A stretch of 64,000 nt of DNA from a virus, in the IMG/VR virus record IMGVR_UViG_3300035703_000034, positions 32,001-96,000 of that record; one strand, written 5' to 3'. The notes under the pieces were generated by a model. That model was not told the origin of the DNA. It saw only the letters and a list, made by a program, of their open reading frames with translations, and searched no databases. Each line of letters opens with the position of its first letter. Positions within the stretch are counted from its first letter, which is position 1. This document shows positions 55,733 through 64,000 of this stretch, in pieces. A program made the position numbers and the translations under genes.

Positions 55733-56031
55733 TGACGGCCACCCTGGACCACCAAATCGAGCAGGCGCTTGAGCTGCTCGATGAGCAAATCGCGAGAATC
55801 AGGCGCATCGACGCGCTGGCGTACGACGACACGCCGGCGTTCGTGGCAACCACCATGCGCGATGCGCTGACGCTTTACGAGAAGGTCAACCGGCTCCTGG
55901 GCAAGCGCTTCACGCCGTCTGGCAACCTCATCAACCAGGATGGGGTCCGCGAGCGGCTGCGGCAAGTTCAGGACCGGGTGCTGACGCTGCGCGAGATGTC
56001 GCGCGGAAAGGAGAACCCGTGCGGATCGTGA
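55732..56031 (+). CDS. Small helical hypothetical protein
   Basis: TGATG coupling to the ATPase gene. Confidence 0.55.
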   Translation: MTATLDHQIEQALELLDEQIARIRRIDALAYDDTPAFVATTMRDALTLYEKVNRLLGKRFTPSGNLINQDGVRERLRQVQDRVLTLREMSRGKENPCGS

Positions 56032-57443
56032 AGACCGATCTGCTGGACCGTCGGGCGTGGGAAACCGCGCTCGACGCCAGCGATTCCCTGCATCAACTGG
56101 TCGAAACGAACGAGGCCGAAGAGGACGGCCTCGACGACTTCGTGGCCGATCTCTTCCAGACCCTTCACCAGCGGGTGCCGGTACTGGCCCCGCCGCACAG
56201 CCTGACCCTTACAGAGCCTGTGCTGCGTGAGGTGATGGAGACGCAGGAGTTCAAGCAGCTCACGGCGTCGACGCGCGGCGACCTGGTCAACGCCACCTTC
56301 GCCACCCACCGGCTCGGCACCAAGCTCGTCGAGAAGCTGCGCGCGCTGTTCAAGGAGGATCTGAAGGAAGAACACGAGGAGCTCGAGGAGGACGAGCTCG
56401 AGGACGGGGACGAGGACGACGGCCCGGACCAGCCCGACGGGTTTCCGGATCCCACGGGTCGAAAGGGACGCAAGCGCAAGGGCCGAGAACGCAGGCCCGT
56501 CGACCCCGATAAGATCGGCGAGCTCCGCCGGGACCTCCGCGAGGCCGCGAAAGACGTTCAGAAGCAGGTCGACGCCATCCAGCAGGCGGAGGACATGCTG
56601 GGCGGCAAGAGCGGTCACAGCCTGGAGAAGAAGCTCGCGCTGAGCCAGAAGGTCGGCCGCTCCACCAAGCTCAAGCAGATGATGGAGCTGGCCGGCCGGC
56701 TCCGGCGGGTCGCGCTGGCGAAGAAGTCCAGCGTGATTCGCGAGGTGCCCCAGGAGACGGTGGGCATCCGGATCGGCGACGATATCACCCAGGTGGTGCC
56801 AAGCGAGCTGGCGCTGCTGGCGCACCCGACGACGGCACCGCTGTTCTACAAGAAGTTTCTTCAAAAGCAGTTGATGCTCTGGGACAAACAGGGCGAGGAG
56901 AAGCTCGGCGGCGGCGCCATCGTGCTGCTGATCGACGGGTCGGGCTCGATGGCCGGGCCGCGGGAGCTCTGGGCCAAGTCCGTGATGATGGCCTACCTGG
57001 CCGTCGCGGAGAAAGAAAAGCGCGACCTCCACGTCATGCAGTTCGCGGGCCACGGCAAGACCGCGTCGTGGGAGTTCCCGTTCCGCAGCAACCCGGCGGC
57101 GGTGGATCGCGGGAAGATCCTGGAGGCGGTCGAGGTGTTTCTCGACGGCTCGACCGATCTCGAAGGCCCGCTCCGGTGGGCGGTCGAGCAAATCAAGGTG
57201 CCGGCAACCAACCCGATGTCGGCGGCGGACGTCGTCGTCCTCACCGACGCCGAGTGCACGTTCAGCCCGGAGTTCATCAGCGAGTTCGGGCAGGCGCAGG
57301 CCCGGCTCGGCTTCCGCACGCAGGGTGTGCTCATCGGGGCGCCGGCGTACCTCCCGCACTTCCAGCAGGTGTGCGGCGAGGCGATCGCCATCGACGACCT
57401 CAAGGACGACGACAAGGTGACGGACCTGCTGTTCAAGAGGTGA
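56019..57443 (+). CDS. vWA-domain protein (ViaA-like)
   Basis: MIDAS LIDGSGSM, GSTD, VVVLTD; PSELALL. Confidence 0.85.
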   Translation: MRIVKTDLLDRRAWETALDASDSLHQLVETNEAEEDGLDDFVADLFQTLHQRVPVLAPPHSLTLTEPVLREVMETQEFKQLTASTRGDLVNATFATHRLGTKLVEKLRALFKEDLKEEHEELEEDELEDGDEDDGPDQPDGFPDPTGRKGRKRKGRERRPVDPDKIGELRRDLREAAKDVQKQVDAIQQAEDMLGGKSGHSLEKKLALSQKVGRSTKLKQMMELAGRLRRVALAKKSSVIREVPQETVGIRIGDDITQVVPSELALLAHPTTAPLFYKKFLQKQLMLWDKQGEEKLGGGAIVLLIDGSGSMAGPRELWAKSVMMAYLAVAEKEKRDLHVMQFAGHGKTASWEFPFRSNPAAVDRGKILEAVEVFLDGSTDLEGPLRWAVEQIKVPATNPMSAADVVVLTDAECTFSPEFISEFGQAQARLGFRTQGVLIGAPAYLPHFQQVCGEAIAIDDLKDDDKVTDLLFKR

Positions 57444-57447
57444 CGCC

Positions 57448-57642
57448 GTGTTCGATTACGACGGCTGGTTGTACCGCCAGGCCGAGCGGCACCACGGGGG
57501 TCCTGCTCGGCACACGCTGCGGTGCGTGACGTGCCTCAGCGACGCGCTGGACTGTGCGTGCGAGGAGGACACCGAGCTCGAGCCGGTGGACGACGGCGAC
57601 GCGCACCACGACCGGATGAGGGACGACGCACTCACCGGTTAA
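57448..57642 (+). CDS. Small hypothetical protein
   Basis: YDGWL...CVTC...CAC. Confidence 0.4.
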   Translation: MFDYDGWLYRQAERHHGGPARHTLRCVTCLSDALDCACEEDTELEPVDDGDAHHDRMRDDALTG

Positions 57643-57678
57643 CAACCGTTCAACAGTTCAACAGTTCAACCGGTTAAC
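57635..57678. repeat. GTT(C)AAC heptamer-type tandem repeat
   Basis: CCGGTTAACAACCGTTCAACAGTTCAACAGTTCAACCGGTTAAC. Confidence 0.75.
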
Positions 57679-57708
57679 GCTCAGTCAACGCAAAGAAAGG
57701 AGTCCGCG

Positions 57709-58077
57709 ATGCGGAACCCGACGATCCCCAGTCAGATGTTCAACATTCTCCGGGGGCGCTTGGACCTGCTGACGAACTACGTGGAGGACTTCCTCTACGT
57801 CGACCTTGCGGCCCTCGGCCGGGCGCCCGAGGGGGCGCGGTTCGCCTGGGTGGTGCGCGAGTGGGGCACGCACCTGATCGACATGTACGACAGCTCGTTG
57901 ATCGGGTACGCGCAGTCGCTCCGGGCCGACCACCCCAAGGCGCCGTGGTTCATCATCGAGGTGACGGACCCGGCAGAGCTGCCGCTGGCGGCGTACCCGC
58001 GCGGCACGGTGGAGCCCACCAGCTACGCGGCGGTGGTGCGCGAGCTGCGCGGCCCGAAAGGCGCGGTGTCGGCATGA
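57709..58077 (+). CDS. Hypothetical protein
   Basis: AAAGGAG SD; FAWVVREWGTHL. Confidence 0.65.
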   Translation: MRNPTIPSQMFNILRGRLDLLTNYVEDFLYVDLAALGRAPEGARFAWVVREWGTHLIDMYDSSLIGYAQSLRADHPKAPWFIIEVTDPAELPLAAYPRGTVEPTSYAAVVRELRGPKGAVSA

Positions 58078-58370
58078 CGCTGGGCCAGGATCTCCTGCGC
58101 TCGCAGGTGCAGTGGACGGTGTTCGCCTGCCAGGACCTGCTGCGGATGCAGCACGTGGCGGGCGTGGTGCGGCTTAAGGACAATTTGCAGCGGGTGCTCC
58201 AGCACCCGCACGACCTGGCCGGGGCCTTGATGGCGCTGCTCGACGAGACGACCGTCGAGGACGCCTTCGAGAACCTGCGCGAGATGACGGACTGGATGGA
58301 GCGCGTGCGGCTCTACGTGAACGCGCTCAACAGCTGGGACACCCGCGTCATGGCGGATGAGAGGAGCTGA
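58074..58370 (+). CDS. Hypothetical protein
   Basis: ATGA coupling. Confidence 0.55.
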   Translation: MTLGQDLLRSQVQWTVFACQDLLRMQHVAGVVRLKDNLQRVLQHPHDLAGALMALLDETTVEDAFENLREMTDWMERVRLYVNALNSWDTRVMADERS

Positions 58371-58372
58371 CG

Positions 58373-58747
58373 ATGGATAAGTTCAAGAAGGCGATGGCGC
58401 AGCTGATGCGCGCCTACGAGGAGGAGCTCACGAAGGACCTGGTGGTCGTCGGCAAGCTCACGGACGACGAAAAGGTCATCGTGCGCCGGATGGCCGGCAT
58501 CCACGAGCGGGGCCAGACGCTGCACGAGGTCATCCAGACGATGACCGACGAGCTGCAGCAGCTGGCGACGACGCTGGAGCGCACGGAGTTCCGGCTGCAG
58601 GATCGGCTGGCCCAGCGGCTGGACATTCCCGACAGCGTGGCCGACGCCGAGCGCGACGTGCTGTTCGTCGCGGACGACGGCCAGGTGCTGATGCGCCGGC
58701 AGCTGGCGTTCAAGCTAGGGCTCGAGTACCGGGAGGTGAAGGCGTGA
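58373..58747 (+). CDS. Hypothetical coiled-coil protein
   Basis: GAGGAG SD. Confidence 0.6.
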   Translation: MDKFKKAMAQLMRAYEEELTKDLVVVGKLTDDEKVIVRRMAGIHERGQTLHEVIQTMTDELQQLATTLERTEFRLQDRLAQRLDIPDSVADAERDVLFVADDGQVLMRRQLAFKLGLEYREVKA

Positions 58748-58935
58748 GTCTTGAGAGCAGCGCCATTCTACTGCTCCGCGAGTTCGTGGAGAACGTCCGT
58801 GCGGTGGGCGGCCTGGACGACGTCCGTTTCGGCGAGCTCGACGACGAGCCGGGCTGGCCGGACATGCAAGAGACCTTCGAGCGCGCCGCGAGGCTGCTGG
58901 CGGCGTGCGACACATCGGAAGAAGGAGGCACCTGA
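58744..58935 (+). CDS. Small hypothetical protein
   Basis: GTGA coupling, GGAGG SD. Confidence 0.5.
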   Translation: MSLESSAILLLREFVENVRAVGGLDDVRFGELDDEPGWPDMQETFERAARLLAACDTSEEGGT

Positions 58936-59321
58936 TGACAACCAGCATGATTCGCAAGAACTTTCTCGACGTGTACCAACGGTACGAACAGCTGGGGTTC
59001 GACATCGTGGCGAACGTCAACGTGGATCGGCCTGACCTGGGGATGGACACCTGGCTGCTCGCCAGCTGGGAGCCGGGGTACAAGCGCGTGTCGCTGGACG
59101 GTTTCGCCACGCGGGCTGACATTCAGGACGTCCTGTTGCACGGGCTGCTGGACGATGGCGCGGACTACGACGCAGCGACCGTCCCGCTGCTTGCGCTGAA
59201 CCTGACCACGGGCGACCGCTACGCCCTGCGAGCCCGCTACGACATGGAGCTCGCCGGGCCGTTCGGCAACGACTTCCGCACAGACGGCTTCACGGACGGC
59301 ATCGCCCGTCCGGTGTGCTGA
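58935..59321 (+). CDS. Hypothetical protein
   Basis: AAGGAGG SD, TGATG coupling. Confidence 0.55.
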   Translation: MTTSMIRKNFLDVYQRYEQLGFDIVANVNVDRPDLGMDTWLLASWEPGYKRVSLDGFATRADIQDVLLHGLLDDGADYDAATVPLLALNLTTGDRYALRARYDMELAGPFGNDFRTDGFTDGIARPVC

Positions 59322-59334
59322 AAGGAGCAATCCG

Positions 59335-59787
59335 ATGGGTTACACGCACCACTACTACCAGCTCGTGCACTGCCCCGACGACGTGTGGGCAACCCTGCGC
59401 GAGGCGGCCCACAAGCTCGTCGCCGCCGCCCCCTGCGCGATCGACGACGAGTCCAACCCCTGTCAGGTTCGCTTCAACGGGGTGGGCAGCGCGGGCTGCG
59501 AGACCTTCCTGCTCGGCAACTGGAAGCGCCCCAAGTACGACTGGGAGCGGTTGTCGGCATACACGCACGACGGCGCGCACCACTTCTGCAAGACCGGTCA
59601 CCGTCCTTACGACCTCGTCGTGTGCGCGGTGCTGGCCGTGGCAGAGCAGCTGGCGCCGGACGTGTACCGGGTGCGCTCCGACGGCGAGCCCGACAAATGG
59701 CAGCCCGGGCTGGCGTTCGCCACGAAGGTGCTGGGTTTCGGAGTGAAGTTGCCGAAGGGCGTCGCATTTCCCGAGGAGGTGGCGTGA
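59335..59787 (+). CDS. Conserved hypothetical phage protein
   Basis: MGYTHH...CETF...FCKT..RPYD.VV.AVL. Confidence 0.65.
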   Translation: MGYTHHYYQLVHCPDDVWATLREAAHKLVAAAPCAIDDESNPCQVRFNGVGSAGCETFLLGNWKRPKYDWERLSAYTHDGAHHFCKTGHRPYDLVVCAVLAVAEQLAPDVYRVRSDGEPDKWQPGLAFATKVLGFGVKLPKGVAFPEEVA

Positions 59788-60203
59788 TGGGACAGTACTT
59801 CCTGGTGGTGAACCTGGACAAGCGGGAGTTCATCCACCCGCACGCGTTCGGCGACGGGCTGAAGCTGGCGGAGTTCGGTCGCAGCGGGGACGGCACGATG
59901 TTCGCGCTCGCGGTGCTGCTCTCCGACGGCTTCCGCGAGCGGGGCGACGACCCCGTCATCGGCTCGTGGGCCGGCGATCGCGTCGTGGTGACGGGCGACT
60001 ACGCGGCGGCCGGGCGCTTCACGGTCGACGAGTGGCGGAACCTGTACGCCGTCGTGCGCGAGTCGATCGACGTGGCGGCGCGCCAGCACGGCGAGCCGGG
60101 CCTGTACCGGGACGTCTCGGAGGAGGTGCGGCGTGCGGTGGTGAGCCGCATCGAGCCGGGGGTGTTTCAGGGTGGCGTCGAGTCCGGGGAGGCCGTAGGA
60201 TGA
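59787..60203 (+). CDS. Conserved hypothetical phage protein
   Basis: MGQYFLVVNLDKREFI...GSWAGDRVVVTGDY. Confidence 0.65.
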   Translation: MGQYFLVVNLDKREFIHPHAFGDGLKLAEFGRSGDGTMFALAVLLSDGFRERGDDPVIGSWAGDRVVVTGDYAAAGRFTVDEWRNLYAVVRESIDVAARQHGEPGLYRDVSEEVRRAVVSRIEPGVFQGGVESGEAVG

Positions 60204-60652
60204 GGTGCAAAGAGGCCGAAGGGAAGCCGCCCGTGTTCCACAAGATGCTGCACCTCGCCACGGCGCACCTCACCGAAGACACGTGCACGCGGTGGCTCGG
60301 CAGCGACGACAACCGGTCAGTGAACGCGCTAGACTTCGGGGGCGCTGGTTGGCAGGTGGCGGTCAACCCGACCGCGGAGAGCGTGCCGGAGGACCTGCAG
60401 CGCGTGATGACGTACGCGCACAGAAACGACTGCGAATGGGTCTGCTTCGACTGCGACGCGCCCGTTTGCGCGGATCTGCCGACGTATGACTGGGGCCTCT
60501 ACGCGGCCAGTCGCGCGGCACTCAACGCGCTGGCTGACCTCAAGGCAGGCAAGATCGACGCGGTGCCGCCGGAGGTGGTGACGAAGCTCTTGCGAGAGGC
60601 GCGTTACCACGACAGCGCGGTCGAGAAGCTGGTGCGCGACGCCGGAATCTGA
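60200..60652 (+). CDS. DUF5983-like protein
   Basis: LATAHL...PEDL...A....CEWVCFDCDA....LPTYDW. Confidence 0.6.
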   Translation: MRCKEAEGKPPVFHKMLHLATAHLTEDTCTRWLGSDDNRSVNALDFGGAGWQVAVNPTAESVPEDLQRVMTYAHRNDCEWVCFDCDAPVCADLPTYDWGLYAASRAALNALADLKAGKIDAVPPEVVTKLLREARYHDSAVEKLVRDAGI

Positions 60653-60744
60653 CGCGCGGTGGATAATCTCTCCATAGACCCGCCAAGGCTATGCGCGCAA
60701 GCGTATCCTCAAACTGGCGGGTCCCTTTTTGTCTGGAGGCAGAG

Positions 60745-61017
60745 GTGAAGCAAAAGACCCGCGTGACCGTCACGCCCCACCGCATCGGCTACCTCACGGT
60801 CGAGCCGTGCGGTACCTTCAAGCGCACCTGGAAGGGCCAGACCTGGGACGACGACCAGGCGCTCACCCAGGGGGCGATGCTCCAGCTCAGTCAGGAGCAA
60901 GAGCCGGTGCTCCAGGCGATGGGCAGGACCGCCCGGCACTGGTTCGAGCGGGGCTGGGCGGTGACGACTTACCTGCCCGTGGAAGAGGCCGAGGCGCTGT
61001 TCCACTGCGCCTACTAG
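60745..61017 (+). CDS. Hypothetical protein
   Basis: GGAGG SD before GTG; start uncertain. Confidence 0.45.
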   Translation: MKQKTRVTVTPHRIGYLTVEPCGTFKRTWKGQTWDDDQALTQGAMLQLSQEQEPVLQAMGRTARHWFERGWAVTTYLPVEEAEALFHCAY

Positions 61018-61031
61018 CGAAGGAGATCCTC

Positions 61032-61436
61032 GTGACGACGAAAACGACATGGACCCTGGTCACGCGGCTGCCCGGCGAGCACCGCATTTTCCGGGACGCG
61101 GGCGGACGACTGGCGCTCGCCGACAACAGCGGGGACACGCCGGACACAACGGACGACGGCGTGCTGTACCTCGACCTCGACCGGCCGGTGCAGTTGGTGT
61201 CGGCGTCAATCGCCGAGGTCTTCAGTACGTCCCAGCGGCTGTACTGCAAGATTCCGCTCGTGACGTCGGACGGCACAAAAAGTTCGACGTTGGGCGTCTT
61301 GGAGGACGGCCCGATCCTGAACAGCCTGGGTATGAAGGTCGAGGTCAACGCCGCCGCGCAGGCGGTGCTGGCACGCTTCAAATGGTGGTTGGCGTATGAT
61401 CGCGTGTTTCAGCAAGAAGGACCCGTGGACGCGTGA
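61032..61436 (+). CDS. Hypothetical protein
   Basis: AAGGAG SD before GTG. Confidence 0.5.
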   Translation: MTTKTTWTLVTRLPGEHRIFRDAGGRLALADNSGDTPDTTDDGVLYLDLDRPVQLVSASIAEVFSTSQRLYCKIPLVTSDGTKSSTLGVLEDGPILNSLGMKVEVNAAAQAVLARFKWWLAYDRVFQQEGPVDA

Positions 61437-61667
61437 CTCGCACGGTCGTGCGTTGCACTGGGTGGCGAAGGAGATGCCGGATCTCACGACGGTCCGGTGC
61501 GCCTTCACCACCTGGGCCGTCGACCGCGACCACGCCGTCACCTCGCTGGCGGTCCACCTGTTCTCGGACGACGAGGACGAGCCCGTGGACCGCGACGACG
61601 CCCGCCGTGCGTTTGACGCCGGCGGCTTCAGCGTGGCGTGGCTCAACTAGAGGGGCACAGGCTCGGT

Positions 61668-62261
61668 TCAGCTGAACAACCGGCTCAACAACCCCCGGGT
61701 CTGGTGCCGCTCGAGCTGCGCGAGGCGTTCCTGCAGCCGCTGGTTCTCCTCGCGCAGCTCCAGGTTCCGGGCGCGCTGCTCTTCGTAGCGCTCCTGGTAC
61801 TGACGAGCGGCCTCCTCGGCGGTGCCGAGCGATCGCGACGCCTCGACGAACTGGATGGAGATTTGACGATCGTCAGCCAGCTTGGCGATCGTTTGCTCCA
61901 GGCGCTCGCCGAGGTTCTGGAGCACCGTCAGCGCGGTGTTCCGGCCAACTTCCACCAGCTCCGCGTCGTCCTCTTCCTCAACGAGCACGGCGTCCGCTTC
62001 GACAGCGGCAGGCGCAAAGCCGAACTCCGCTAAACGGGGAATCAGCTCACGCCGAAGCGCGACATCCTGCAGACCGGCCTCCCGCAACCGCTTGATCTCT
62101 TTGAGAAACGGCACGAACCGTTCGTCGAGCACACGCTGGCGGCGCTCGCCCACCTCGTACGGCAAGCAGTCGCGGAAGTCCTTCAACCAGAACTTGACGG
62201 TGCTTTCCTTGGTGCCCACCACCGCGGCAATCGTCTTGTTGGTGTAGGTCTGCTCCGACAT
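61668..62261 (-). CDS. MerR-like HTH plus coiled-coil protein
   Basis: YTNKTIAAVVGTKESTVKFWLKDF; C-terminal RGLLSRLF typical of plasmid replication-region proteins. Confidence 0.75.
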   Translation of the reverse strand: MSEQTYTNKTIAAVVGTKESTVKFWLKDFRDCLPYEVGERRQRVLDERFVPFLKEIKRLREAGLQDVALRRELIPRLAEFGFAPAAVEADAVLVEEEDDAELVEVGRNTALTVLQNLGERLEQTIAKLADDRQISIQFVEASRSLGTAEEAARQYQERYEEQRARNLELREENQRLQERLAQLERHQTRGLLSRLFS

Positions 62262-62333
62262 AACACTTCCTTTCGTGGTCGCAATCCTAGTTTGGCTGTC
62301 GCTAAATCGTCAAGCGATGACGGGAGTCACGCA

Positions 62334-63068
62334 TCAGCCGGTCGCGGCAGGCAGCAGCTCCGCCAGCGGCAACCCCCACTCCGCGGCCCGCCGGCGGCCG
62401 CTGGCGCGGACGACGGCAAGCGGTGAGTCCAGCATCACGCGAACGGAAGTCATGCGGTCTTCCAGCGTGGTGGCCGCGTCGCGGGCGTCGGGCTCCGCCA
62501 CCGGCCGCGCCGGTGCGGGCGCCACCCGGGGGGCCGGCTGCGGGGCGTCCGGCTGCTGGTCGCGGTGGTAGGTGTCCAGCGGCAACCAGTTGTGGACGAT
62601 GGCGCGGAACAGGAACCCCTGCGGGTTCTTGAACCTGTAACCGACGGCCACGCGGTGCCGGTGGTAGGCCAGCTGGTTCTCGATGCGCTCCCGGGTGAAC
62701 GCGCCGGCCTGCAGGCGGGCCAGCAAGTCCTGGACGGCCCAGGGCTTCAGGCCCGTCTCGAGCAGCGCGGTCTCAAGCGGCTCGCAGGGCTTTGCGGGTT
62801 CGTCCGCAACGGGCTGCGGGTGCTCATGAATCTCGTTGTGTTTTGTTGTGACATGTTCATGCGAAATTTTTTTCGTAACCGGAACCAGCTCGAGCTCGCG
62901 GAACTTCTCGAAGGCGAGCTCGACGGACCGGACGCTGATGCCGCAGGCCTGAGCAATCAGGCCGTACGGCGTCAGGCCGTGTTCCTCGACGTAACTGTGA
63001 ACCAGAATGGCGGACAGGCTGAGGCCAGCCGCCTTGAGCTTGCGCAGCTCGGCGAACGGAATCGACAC
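62334..63068 (-). CDS. Replication-initiator-like HTH protein
   Basis: GAGGAG SD before GTG 63068; wHTH (IAQACGISVRSVELAFEKF) and KNPQGFLFRAI..NW C-terminal motif. Confidence 0.55.
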   Translation of the reverse strand: MSIPFAELRKLKAAGLSLSAILVHSYVEEHGLTPYGLIAQACGISVRSVELAFEKFRELELVPVTKKISHEHVTTKHNEIHEHPQPVADEPAKPCEPLETALLETGLKPWAVQDLLARLQAGAFTRERIENQLAYHRHRVAVGYRFKNPQGFLFRAIVHNWLPLDTYHRDQQPDAPQPAPRVAPAPARPVAEPDARDAATTLEDRMTSVRVMLDSPLAVVRASGRRRAAEWGLPLAELLPAATG

Positions 63069-63523
63069 GCGGGCTCCTCGGGGCGTGTGCAGAAATTTTT
63101 CACGCCAGGGGTCGCCCTGTACTTGACGTCCCGATCCACCACCCGTATAGTCGAGGTTGCGAGTTTCAACTAAACGGTCTTGATTGTGGGTCGGGGGCCT
63201 TTCGGGGCTCCTGACTTTTTTTCTGCTCGGTGGGCTACTTGAGAGGTGGTTCCTCCAAACAAAAACGCCGTCGAGGCTGACAGCTCGACGGGCGCAAGAC
63301 ACCCGGTGGTGACAAGCTCGTTTTGTGGTACGATGAGCTTGCCGCCGTCGCCTGCTGTCAAATCTGAGGCGCTGGCTTATGGGCTCCGACGTTCCCGCGT
63401 CGGGGCCCTTTTATGTTGCGCGATCGCCAGGGCTTTGGCAAGCGATCCTCCCGCCGCCGATCGCCAAAGTGTTGTGCGGCCTGCGATCGCGGCGCGATCG
63501 CCCCGTGTGAGAAGGAGGCACCG

Positions 63524-64000
63524 ATGATCCCTGCATGGATCGCCCTGTGCGCATGGGCGATGCTGCTGTCGGGCTGCGTGTTCATCCCGCCCGTGACCGC
63601 CGCCGACGCGGTCAAACTAGCGTCGGATGGCGCGCAGATTCGCAAGCAAATTCTCCGGGTGCACCGCCGGGCGGAGGCACCGGCGCTGCAGGCCTACGTG
63701 CAGCAGCTCGGCGCGCGCGTCGTGCGGGAGCTCGACCCGGACGCCGAGGCCTACACGTTCGAGGTGGTCGTGGCGGACCCCATCAACGCCTTCGCGTTGC
63801 CGGGCAACCACGTCTTCGTCACGACGGGCGCGGTGCTCGCCATGCGCACGGAGGCGCAGCTCGTGAACGTCCTCGGCCACGAGGTCGCGCACGTGGTGAG
63901 CGACCACGGCTGGCAGAACGTGCAGTTTCGGCAGCAGAACGCGCGGTTGCACCGCATCGACCCGGCGGCCGGGTTGCTGGACGTGCTGTGGACGAGCTTC
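63524..64000 (+). CDS. M48 family Zn metallopeptidase lipoprotein (partial)
   Basis: AAGGAGG SD; lipobox LSGC; INAFALPG; VLGHEVAHV (HExxH); not in the ORF track because it is open at the window end. Confidence 0.85.
   Translation, partial: MIPAWIALCAWAMLLSGCVFIPPVTAADAVKLASDGAQIRKQILRVHRRAEAPALQAYVQQLGARVVRELDPDAEAYTFEVVVADPINAFALPGNHVFVTTGAVLAMRTEAQLVNVLGHEVAHVVSDHGWQNVQFRQQNARLHRIDPAAGLLDVLWTSF

Noticed and set aside
63420-63501. HIP1 (GCGATCGC) as evidence of a cyanobacterial host
   Set aside because: This octamer is expected by chance in high-GC DNA; enrichment was not computed

Overview
High-GC segment of a large contractile-tailed (myovirus-type) phage, possibly a phage-plasmid. Bases 1-44750 are the virion module, spread over both strands: terminase large subunit, portal, prohead protease, scaffold-like paralogs, major capsid protein, neck, sheath, two tube-like proteins, spike, gp25-like and J-like baseplate proteins, and an embedded sigma70-family factor. 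A repeated (T-tract)-N9-11-TGATA(A/G)T motif precedes many of these genes and is probably the late promoter. Head-associated and glycine-zipper proteins are full of K-x-A-(A/S) motifs, and several begin with short leaders that look like capsid-targeting/cleavage signals. Bases 44750-47470 are an unusually dense RNA-structure region: a ~560-nt multi-hairpin putative ncRNA, a clear type III hammerhead ribozyme (45698-45758) and a 35-bp G-U-containing hairpin. Directly after it lies a T4-PNK-like kinase. Bases 45400-61650 are a co-directional array of small early/accessory genes (pentapeptide repeat, RadC/JAB, HsdS-like, Gam-like, MoxR AAA + vWA and many hypotheticals) punctuated by repeated hairpin-SD and terminator elements. 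The right end has a MerR-like HTH gene, a Rep-like HTH gene and a partial M48 peptidase lipoprotein. All assignments come from motif recognition by eye; no database search was run.
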